Shown here: in pieces, positions 7,278-14,674 of the stretch
Position numbering within the stretch: position 1 is the stretch's first letter
How the letters are laid out: the number at the start of each line of letters is the position of its first letter
DNA from: Acidimicrobiia bacterium
Lineage (GTDB): Bacteria; Actinomycetota; Acidimicrobiia; Spongiisociales; UBA11373
Assembly: GCA_040878325.1 (NCBI GenBank)
Contig: JBBDMM010000010.1
Span: 247,975-267,974 of the forward strand
Length of the DNA stretch: 20,000 nucleotides
Reading direction: 5' to 3'
The notes under the pieces: generated by a model
The model's input: the letters and a program-made list of their open reading frames with translations, nothing else
The model's database searches: none
Told to the model about the DNA's origin: nothing
Program-made: the position numbers and the translations under genes

Positions 7278-8111
7278 ATGAACCTGCGTACTTCCCGCAT
7301 CCTCATCGTGTTGGCCGCGGTGATCACCGCGTTGTTGCTCGTCCTGATCGCGATCATGGTTGGCGGAGACGGCGGCGGCGATGCGGCCACGACGTCGTCG
7401 ATCGACGCCGCCACCACCACGACCGCGGAGGGAGCGACGACTACGACCGTGGATGCCTCCGTCACCACCCAGCCGGCCACCACGACGACCGCAGCGCCGG
7501 CGACTTCCACCACCGCGGCGGCCGGTACCTGCGCCGGGATGCCCGGCGTGACGACTCCGGAGCTGGACGCGCCAGAGGTGACGTCGGTTCTCGGCGACTT
7601 CGACGGCGTCGGAGGTGCCTTGGACCTGCTGATCGCCTACCAGGATGGGGATGGAGACTGGTTCGTTCAGGTGGCTCTCGACTACGGCTACGCCGCTGAG
7701 GTGCTGGTGGAAGGGCCGGCGCGGGCGTACGGGGCCCGAGAGTTCGGCGGTGCGCCAGAACAAATCGGGTTCGCCGCGGTCTTCGCAGGGGCTTCGACAG
7801 AATTCGTCGGGTTCTTCCACCTCGACGGCTGCGAACTGCGGTTTGCGGGGCTCGAGGGTGGGGGAGACGCTGTGTTCGGCGTGGGAGGGTCGGTGACGCA
7901 CCAGGACGGAATCCGATGCACCGCCGACGGCCTCGAGATCGGATCGGCTACCTCGGGCGACGGGGTCTCCTGGGAATACACCTCGACGACACTGACCTGG
8001 GAACCGGGTCTCGGTGAGTTCCAGACCGTCGCTTCGTCGATCGCCATCCTCACCAGCCCCGACGACGACGACACGATCTTCGTGGGTCTCGACTGCTTCG
8101 CCGGCGGCTGA
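7278..8111 (+). CDS. Membrane-anchored/secreted hypothetical protein with Thr-rich stalk and acidic beta-rich C-terminal domain
   Basis: N-terminal hydrophobic helix, long TTT/A linker, a 'GDFDG...LD' FG-GAP-like loop and four Cys. TATGGT (-10) lies 7 nt before ATG 7278. Confidence 0.75.
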   Translation: MNLRTSRILIVLAAVITALLLVLIAIMVGGDGGGDAATTSSIDAATTTTAEGATTTTVDASVTTQPATTTTAAPATSTTAAAGTCAGMPGVTTPELDAPEVTSVLGDFDGVGGALDLLIAYQDGDGDWFVQVALDYGYAAEVLVEGPARAYGAREFGGAPEQIGFAAVFAGASTEFVGFFHLDGCELRFAGLEGGGDAVFGVGGSVTHQDGIRCTADGLEIGSATSGDGVSWEYTSTTLTWEPGLGEFQTVASSIAILTSPDDDDTIFVGLDCFAGG

Positions 8112-8121
8112 GGGTGAGGCA

Positions 8122-8148
8122 GATTGGCGATTGGCGATTGGCGATTGG
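8122..8148 (+). repeat. Heptamer tandem repeat (GATTGGC)x~4
   Basis: gattggc gattggc gattggc gattgg, 10 nt after the stop at 8111. The unit is the same as at 702-721 and 1290-1312. Confidence 0.9.
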
Positions 8149-8208
8149 GAAGATGTGCCCGGCGCCGTCCGTGCCTGATGGCTTCCGCGGAGGCGCTCTC
8201 TACGGGGG

Positions 8209-8538
8209 TCAGCCGACAGCCTGCAGTATCCACAGCGACCCCATGCCGATGACGATGGTCGCCAGGACGCTCTTGGTCCGCCACGCGACGACGCCGGCGA
8301 TTGCCCCGGCGATGAACCGATCGGTGGCGAGCTCGAATTCGCCGGTGGAGTGGGTCAGGGCAGGCAGTACCAGCGCCGCCAGGACGGCAGCGGGGATGAA
8401 GCGGAGTATCCGACCCAGCATCGGCGGCATGTGCTCCACCCGGCCGAGGAGCGCCAGGAAGGACAGCCGGATCAGCCAGGTGCCGAGCCCGATCATCCCG
8501 ATCAGCGCCCAGATGAGTGCGGGGGAGTGGCTTGTCAT
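8209..8538 (-). CDS. azlD: AzlD-domain branched-chain amino acid export small subunit
   Basis: 'GTWLIRLSFL', 'LRFIPAAVLAALV.P', 'VAWRTKSVLATIVIGM'. ATG 8538 overlaps the azlC stop. Confidence 0.88.
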   Translation of the reverse strand: MTSHSPALIWALIGMIGLGTWLIRLSFLALLGRVEHMPPMLGRILRFIPAAVLAALVLPALTHSTGEFELATDRFIAGAIAGVVAWRTKSVLATIVIGMGSLWILQAVG

Positions 8539-9227
8539 CGGGTGACCTCGGCGAGGACGCCTGCGGAGATTCCTAGCGCGGCGGCGGCGAGCAGCCCGAG
8601 GTTCAACGGCAGGCCGATCAAGACGACCGCGGCGGTGCCGGCCACCAGCGCGGCTGCCCGGGTTCCCCGATCCTTGACGGCCGGCAAGAGCAGGGCCATG
8701 AAGACGAGAGGGATGGCGAAGTCGAGCGACCACTCCGGGGGTACTCCGGCACCGATCAAGACGCCGACGACCGAAGACACCTGCCAGGTCACCCACAGCG
8801 GTATGGCCGCCCCGAAGAAGAAGGCGGTTCTCAGCCCGAGATCCTGCTGGTCGCGCTCGAAGTGGGTCACGCTGACCGCGAACGCCTGATCGGTCAGTAG
8901 ATAGGCGGCGAGCCCCTTGGCGGCCGGCCGGGTCCCGCGCAGCCAAGGAGCCAGCGCGGCGCTGTACATCCCGAACCGTGCATTGATCACCAGGGCTGTG
9001 AGGACGATCACCACCGGCGCAGCATCCCGGGCGACCAGGTCGACGGTGGCGAGTTGGGAGGCGCCGGCGAAAATGATCGGAGAGAGGGCAATCGCCTGCA
9101 GGGTGTCGAGGCCGGCTTCGACGGCAGCCACCCCGGCGATCACTCCGAAGGGGAACACCCCGAGAAGGATCGGCAAGATGCTCCTGACGCCTGCCAGGAA
9201 CGCGTCCCTGCGGGTGGCGTGGGGCAT
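8535..9227 (-). CDS. azlC: AzlC family branched-chain amino acid export permease
   Basis: 'PILLGVFPFG', 'FAGASQL', 'INARF.MYSA.L', 'YLLTDQAFA', 'LDFAIPLVF'. Confidence 0.93.
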   Translation of the reverse strand: MPHATRRDAFLAGVRSILPILLGVFPFGVIAGVAAVEAGLDTLQAIALSPIIFAGASQLATVDLVARDAAPVVIVLTALVINARFGMYSAALAPWLRGTRPAAKGLAAYLLTDQAFAVSVTHFERDQQDLGLRTAFFFGAAIPLWVTWQVSSVVGVLIGAGVPPEWSLDFAIPLVFMALLLPAVKDRGTRAAALVAGTAAVVLIGLPLNLGLLAAAALGISAGVLAEVTR

Positions 9228-9354
9228 GGGCGCGGAGACTAGGTCACCGCCAGGGCGCAAAGTCCGGGGCTTCGGGTCGGTGCCGTATCGCTATCGTCGC
9301 CCGGGCCAAGGGGGCGAGCCGATTCGCGCGCCCCCAAGATTGGAGGCGCGGGCA

Positions 9355-11073
9355 GTGTCCGGAGACATCTATCAATTGTGTAGTGACATCGTCGACGAGA
9401 CAGTCGCCCGACTTCCCCTCCTGGGCACCTACCTCGGCATCCCGGGCCAGGACGACAAGTGGGACGACTTCTCGCCGATCGGGCAGCAGGCCGCGGCCGA
9501 CATGGTGCGCGACCAACTCGCCCGGGTCAACGCGATCGAAGTGCCCGACGACCAGTGGGCGAGAATGGCCCACCGGGTCGCGGTCCATTCATGTTCCGAT
9601 TGGGTCAACTGGTTCGATTCGGGCGAGCAGTTCCTCGAACTCAACAGCATCTCGTCGCCCCTGCAGGACATTCGCGAGATCTTCGACCACATGGACACCT
9701 CCACTGCGGAGGGCTGGTCGAACATCGCCGCCCGGTTGGAGGGTCTCGGCGGGGCGCTCGGCGGCTACCAGGAGCTGCTCGAGGTGGGACGAAGCCAGGG
9801 CAAGACCGTGGCGCGGCGTCAGGTGGTGGAGGCGGTTCGCCAGGCGCGCAACCACGCCGGCGACCAGTCCGGCTTCAATCCGCTGGCTGCAGCGGTGGTC
9901 GAGTCGGGAGTAGCCGATGCTCGGACGATCGAGCGGATCGAGGCAGGCATCGGGTCGTCCCGGGCGGCGTACGGGTCGTTGGCGGACTACCTCGAGAGCC
10001 GATATCTGCCGAATGCGATCGCTGCCGACGGGGTCGGCAAAGAGCGGTATGTGCGCCTCGCCCGCAAGTTCCTCGGGTCGGACCTGGACCCCAAGGCCAC
10101 CTACGAATGGGGTTGGGAAGAGGTGGCCCGGATCAGGGCTGCGATGCAGTCGGTGGCCGGCGAGATCCTCCCCAGCGGCGATCTGCCGGAGGTGCTGCGC
10201 GTGCTGCAGACCGATCCTGCCCGGGCCGCCCACAGCCAGGCCGAGTTCCGTGACCTGATGCAGGAGCGCCTCGAGGTCGCGCTGACCGACCTCGACGGCT
10301 CACACTTCGACGTGCCCGCGCAGATCAGGAAGGTCGAGGTGAAGATGGCTCCCCCGGGAGGATCGCTGGGGGCTTACTACGTCAGCCCCAGCGAAGACTT
10401 CTCCCGCCCCGGCTCGGTGTGGTGGTCGAAGGGCGACAAGCAGGTGATCCCTCTATTCGACGAAGTGACCACCGCCTATCACGAGGGGTTCCCCGGCCAC
10501 CACCTCCAGAGCGGTATCCAGATGACGGCGGGCGACAAGGTTTCCCGGTTGCAGAAGCTCCTCGTGTGGTACTCGGGCAGTGGGGAGGGGTGGGCGCTCT
10601 ACGCCGAGGACCTGATGGACGAGATGGGCTATCTAGAGATGCCCGACTATCGGATGGGCAAGCTGGCGGCAGAGATGCTGCGGGCGTGCCGGGTCGTCAT
10701 CGATATCGGATCGCACCTCGATCTGCCGATCCCTCAGGGTCAGCCGTTCAATCCGGGGGAGCGCTGGTCCTTCGATTTCGGTGTCGAGATGCTCGTTGAC
10801 TATGCCGCTCAAGATCACGACTCGTCGGTATCCGAGATCAACCGCTATCTGGGGTGGGCGGGGCAGGCCATCTCGTACAAAGTCGGGCAGCAGGCCATCC
10901 ACGACATCAGGGCCGCTGAGCGACAGCAGCACGGCTCGGCATTCGACTTGAAATCGTTCCACGCCCGCCTGCTCGAGATCGGCTCGACCGGTTTGGCGGT
11001 GATGCGGGAGCACATGGCGGAAACGGGCACCGTGGCCGATAGGCCAGAAACGGCGGGAGGTGAGCGCAAGTGA
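9355..11073 (+). CDS. DUF885 family protein (putative zincin-like metallopeptidase)
   Basis: GGAGG RBS before GTG 9355. Motifs 'AYHEGFPGHHLQ', 'GEGWALYAE', 'RACRVVIDIG.H', 'EINRY...GQA.SYKVG', 'FDLKSFH..LL..G'. Confidence 0.9.
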   Translation: MSGDIYQLCSDIVDETVARLPLLGTYLGIPGQDDKWDDFSPIGQQAAADMVRDQLARVNAIEVPDDQWARMAHRVAVHSCSDWVNWFDSGEQFLELNSISSPLQDIREIFDHMDTSTAEGWSNIAARLEGLGGALGGYQELLEVGRSQGKTVARRQVVEAVRQARNHAGDQSGFNPLAAAVVESGVADARTIERIEAGIGSSRAAYGSLADYLESRYLPNAIAADGVGKERYVRLARKFLGSDLDPKATYEWGWEEVARIRAAMQSVAGEILPSGDLPEVLRVLQTDPARAAHSQAEFRDLMQERLEVALTDLDGSHFDVPAQIRKVEVKMAPPGGSLGAYYVSPSEDFSRPGSVWWSKGDKQVIPLFDEVTTAYHEGFPGHHLQSGIQMTAGDKVSRLQKLLVWYSGSGEGWALYAEDLMDEMGYLEMPDYRMGKLAAEMLRACRVVIDIGSHLDLPIPQGQPFNPGERWSFDFGVEMLVDYAAQDHDSSVSEINRYLGWAGQAISYKVGQQAIHDIRAAERQQHGSAFDLKSFHARLLEIGSTGLAVMREHMAETGTVADRPETAGGERK

Positions 11074-12113
11074 CCACGATCGGGGTAGGGACAGTCAAGG
11101 GGGCGTTTCTGTTTCGGTCGGGGAGCAGGGGCTCGTGGGACTTCGAAGCACCCATCTTCAAGGGGTGGGCCGTCACCGCGTTCGGGCGCGGTCCGTCGGG
11201 GGATCATCTGCTTGCCGTTGGGTCGAACTGGTTCGGCGCGGCGATCCACCGCAGCGCCGACCTCGCCACCTGGGAGCAGATAGTTGATGGGCCGGCATGG
11301 CCGGAAGGTGGCGAGCGCAAGCTGAACAACATCTGGACCATCGCCGGTGTCGGAGACTCGCTGTTTGCCGCGGTGGACGAGGCCGGTCTCTTCCGCAGCG
11401 ACGACGACGCGGCTTCGTGGCAGCCCGTGGCGGGCTTCAATGAGCACCCGACTCGTCCCGGGTGGCAGCCTGGATTCGGCGGTCTTGCCGCCCACCGCAT
11501 TCTCTCCGATCCCGAGAACCCGGGTCGCATGTGGTTGGCCGTCTCAGCCGTCGGCGTCTTCCGCACCGAGGACGGGGGGGAGTCATGGGCCCTCAAAAAT
11601 TCCGGCGTCACCAAGGTGGGCCCGAGCGACGAGGACGACGAGATCGGCTTCTGTGTGCACTGCCTCGCCGCCGATCCGCACGATGCGAATGTGATCTGGC
11701 GCCAGGACCATTCGGGGGTCTACCGCACCATCGACGGTGGCGACGAGTGGCAGCGCATCGAGGAGGGCTTGCCCGCTCGCTTCGGGTTCACCATCGTGCG
11801 AGATGCCGCCTCGGATGCGCTCTTCGTGGTGCCGCTGGAAAGCGATGAGCATCGGATGCCGGTCGGCGGGGCGTTCCGGGTGTACCGATCGACCGACCGG
11901 GGTGACTCCTGGCAGGTCTCCGGGGTGGGGCACCCCGAGGGCCCGGTGTACGCCGGCGTCTTGCGCGGAGCCGCGGCGACCGATGGAGAGGGCGGCGTGT
12001 TCCTGGGTACGACGGCGGGGTCGGTCCATCTGACCACCGACGGCGGAGATCACTGGATCACGCTGCCCCAAGTGCTTCCGAGGATCCTGACCGTGTCGGT
12101 GCTCGAGGCCTGA
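11070..12113 (+). CDS. BNR/Asp-box beta-propeller protein (sialidase-like/WD40-YVTN fold)
   Basis: Repeated Asp boxes (SDDDAASW, TEDGGESW, TIDGGDEW, STDRGDSW, TTDGGDHW) and N-terminal 'VGTVKGAF'. No signal peptide. GTGA overlap with DUF885. Confidence 0.88.
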   Translation: MTTIGVGTVKGAFLFRSGSRGSWDFEAPIFKGWAVTAFGRGPSGDHLLAVGSNWFGAAIHRSADLATWEQIVDGPAWPEGGERKLNNIWTIAGVGDSLFAAVDEAGLFRSDDDAASWQPVAGFNEHPTRPGWQPGFGGLAAHRILSDPENPGRMWLAVSAVGVFRTEDGGESWALKNSGVTKVGPSDEDDEIGFCVHCLAADPHDANVIWRQDHSGVYRTIDGGDEWQRIEEGLPARFGFTIVRDAASDALFVVPLESDEHRMPVGGAFRVYRSTDRGDSWQVSGVGHPEGPVYAGVLRGAAATDGEGGVFLGTTAGSVHLTTDGGDHWITLPQVLPRILTVSVLEA

Positions 12114-12397
12114 TGCCCGCGGCCACCGTCCGGATCCCCTCGCTCCTCGCTGACGTCGGGGACGGGCGACGGGAGATTCCGGTCGTGGCAGAGACGGTGG
12201 GCGGGGCGCTTGCCGACCTGTTTGCACGATTGCCGCACTTGCGCGTCCACGTGTTCGACGAAAGCGGCGCGGTGCGGCCCCACGTCTCCGTCTTCTATCA
12301 GGGACGGGCGGCCAGGGATCAGGCGGCACTGGGCGGGCCGCTTTCCGAGGGATCGGTGATCACGATTCTTCAGGCCGTGTCGGGGGGATCCGGCTGA
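12113..12397 (+). CDS. MoaD/ThiS family ubiquitin-like protein
   Basis: 94 aa with 'VRIPSLL', 'TVGGALADL...PHLR..VFDESG.VRPHV.VF' and C-terminal 'ITILQAVSGG-SG'. TGATG overlap with the propeller gene. Confidence 0.9.
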   Translation: MPAATVRIPSLLADVGDGRREIPVVAETVGGALADLFARLPHLRVHVFDESGAVRPHVSVFYQGRAARDQAALGGPLSEGSVITILQAVSGGSG

Positions 12398-12747
12398 CGG
12401 GATCCTTGTGACGGAGCGAACTTCGACTCCAGCGCCACCCAGAGACTCTTCGAGTAGGGGTAGAAGGCGATGGGAAACACGATGCTGGTGGCGATCGTGA
12501 CCGCCGAGATCACCCCCCACGGGGGGTCTGGCCAGGAACTCACGATCGATCCAACGAACACCAGGATGAAAACGAAGATGGTGGCCACCGTATTGATCGC
12601 GATCGCCCCGAGCCAGTAGCCCTCGTGACTCTCGAACCGGTGCGAGCACCGCGGGCACCTCTCCACCACCGCCGACCACGACACGAACATTCCCGGGGAA
12701 CCACAGATCGGGCAGCGGCGGCGGAGAGCCCTCGCGAGTCGGCGCAC
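12370..12747 (-). CDS. DUF983-like zinc-ribbon membrane protein
   Basis: 'RRRCPICG...MF..W....ERCPRC...FE..EGYWLGA..IN' followed by two TM helices and 'FYPYSKSLW.AL'. Confidence 0.8.
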   Translation of the reverse strand: MRRLARALRRRCPICGSPGMFVSWSAVVERCPRCSHRFESHEGYWLGAIAINTVATIFVFILVFVGSIVSSWPDPPWGVISAVTIATSIVFPIAFYPYSKSLWVALESKFAPSQGSRQPDPPDTA

Positions 12748-12802
12748 CAGGACATTCTCGCTCCCTATTCAGGTGGCGGCGGATTGAGCCGATATACCGG
12801 CC

Positions 12803-13909
12803 GTGGATGCCATCGATCTCTCCTCACCCACCCGCCCGCGTCCGACCCTTATCGATGAACTGCTCGACGCGGTGATAGCCCGGGGTGCATCCGACCTGCA
12901 TGTCTCGCCGGGCACGGCACCCACGGCTCGGATGGACGGCTCCCTGGTCGCGATAGGCGAGGGGATCTGGGGATCGGAGGCCACAGCCGCGTTCTGCCGG
13001 TCGCTGTGCTCTGAACCGCAATGGCGACAGGCCGAGGACACCGGAACCGTCGATTTCGGCATCACCCATCGCTCGGCACGTTTCCGGGTGTCGGTGCTGC
13101 GGCAACGGAAGGGGTACGCCGCCGTCCTCCGGCTGATCAACAATTCGTTCCTCTCCTTCGAGGAGATCGGGCTCCCCGAAATCACAAGTGGCCTGCTCCG
13201 ACGGACGCGAGGGTTGATCCTCGTCACCGGCCCCACCGGTGCGGGAAAGACCACGACGCTGGCTTCGATGGTCGATTGGATCAATACCAACCTCGATCGC
13301 CACATCGTGACCATCGAAGATCCGGTCGAGTATCACCATCACCAAAAACGGAGCCTGGTCACCCAGCGCGAGGTGGGCGAGGACATCCCCAGTTTCGCCG
13401 AGGCGATGCGCCGCGTGGTGCGGCAGGATCCCGATGTGATCCTCCTTGGCGAGATGCGGGACCTCGAGACCATTTCAGCCGCGGTCAGCGTCGCAGAGAC
13501 CGGGCACCTCGTCCTGGGCACCCTTCACACCACCGGGGCAGCGGCCTCCGTCAGCCGGATCATCGACGTGTTCCCGGCGAACCAGCAGGCACAGATCCGG
13601 GTGCAGTTGGCAATGTCGCTGGCGGCGGTCTTCTCCCAGGTCCTGGTGCCGGCCAATGACGGGATAGGCGGGCAGGCGGGCAGGGCGGCCGCGCTCGAGA
13701 TCATGGTGATGACACCGGCGATCGCCAACATGATCCGGACCAATGAGATCAATCGGATCAACGATGTGATTCAGACATCTCGCGATCTGGGGATGATTCG
13801 CCTCGACGACGACCTGGCCCGCCTCGTTTCCGAGCGACGGGTATCACGCGACGCCGCCCTGGCGCATGCTCAGGACCCGGTCGCTCTCGCTGCTCGTTTC
13901 CTCGGCTGA
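12803..13909 (+). CDS. pilT: PilT/PilU family type IV pilus retraction ATPase
   Basis: 'ASDLHV', Walker A GPTGAGKTT, Asp box TIEDPVE, 'QREVG.D', 'RQDPDVILLGEMRD', His box 'ETGHLVLGTLHT' and AIRNLIRE-like 'AIANMIR'. There is no PilB N-terminal domain. Confidence 0.9.
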   Translation: MDAIDLSSPTRPRPTLIDELLDAVIARGASDLHVSPGTAPTARMDGSLVAIGEGIWGSEATAAFCRSLCSEPQWRQAEDTGTVDFGITHRSARFRVSVLRQRKGYAAVLRLINNSFLSFEEIGLPEITSGLLRRTRGLILVTGPTGAGKTTTLASMVDWINTNLDRHIVTIEDPVEYHHHQKRSLVTQREVGEDIPSFAEAMRRVVRQDPDVILLGEMRDLETISAAVSVAETGHLVLGTLHTTGAAASVSRIIDVFPANQQAQIRVQLAMSLAAVFSQVLVPANDGIGGQAGRAAALEIMVMTPAIANMIRTNEINRINDVIQTSRDLGMIRLDDDLARLVSERRVSRDAALAHAQDPVALAARFLG

Positions 13910-14117
13910 TCAGATTCGACGGTTGAGCATCGGCCGAAGCGGGAAGACCCGCGAGATGAATCGACTTCCGCCATCCCGGGTCGCATTAGGGCCACCGCCA
14001 GACGGCACGGGATCGATTGATGCCCCGGTTCCGTGGCATTCGCCGACGCCGCCGCGTGCCTGGTCGTCATCGGAGTTCGTCCTCACGCCTCCGTGATCGG
14101 ATGAACCCGGCTACCGC

Positions 14118-14152
14118 GCATCCGAGGGGTCCGCAATGGGCCCCTCGGATGC
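14118..14152. terminator. Long hairpin (15-bp stem) in the pilT-lipoprotein intergenic region
   Basis: GCATCCGAGGGGTCC-gcaat-GGGCCCCTCGGATGC, with one G.U pair. Confidence 0.65.
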
Positions 14153-14212
14153 ATTCCAACGAGCAAGACTGGCTGGCTGACTTCTTCCAGGTGCTCGCTA
14201 CTGTCGTCGTCG

Positions 14213-14674
14213 ATGCGCAGAATCGCACTCGGGGCCGTGTTCATGGTGGTGATCGTCGCGTGTAGCGATGACGGCGGGGGCACCACTTCATCCGTGACCG
14301 CCGCCTCGACGACGACAACCCTCGCCCCGACTACTTCGACGGCCGCGAGCACCTCGTTGACAGCAGCCACCACGACCACCTTGGTCGATGACGGCGTCAC
14401 GGAGGTCGAGGTGGCGTACGCCGATGGTTCGGCGGAGGTGACGGTCGACGGTGAGCCCGAGTCGGGCCGGGTGCAGGTGGCCCTGGGTACCGAGGTCCGT
14501 CTGACCGTCAGCGCCGACGTCACCAGCGAGGTCCATGTCCACGGCTACGACGAGACCGCCGACGTCAGCCCTGGGTCGCCGGCGGTCATCGAGTTCACCG
14601 CTGACATCCCCGGGATCTTTGAGGTCGAGCTCCACGCTGGTCACACCCTCCTCGTGGAGCTTCAGATTTCGTGA
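14213..14674 (+). CDS. Lipoprotein with Thr-rich linker and His-containing cupredoxin-like C-terminal domain
   Basis: Lipobox 'IVAC' and motifs 'V.LTVSADVTSEVHVHGYD', 'FTADIPGIFEVELH'. TACTGT lies 8 nt before the ATG. Confidence 0.78.
   Translation: MRRIALGAVFMVVIVACSDDGGGTTSSVTAASTTTTLAPTTSTAASTSLTAATTTTLVDDGVTEVEVAYADGSAEVTVDGEPESGRVQVALGTEVRLTVSADVTSEVHVHGYDETADVSPGSPAVIEFTADIPGIFEVELHAGHTLLVELQIS

Noticed and set aside
8917..9354. N-terminal extension of DUF885 (718-aa call); likewise the extensions of smpB, azlD, MBL and rph
   Set aside because: The extensions overlap neighbouring genes. Better starts with an RBS, a -10 element or stop/start coupling exist downstream.
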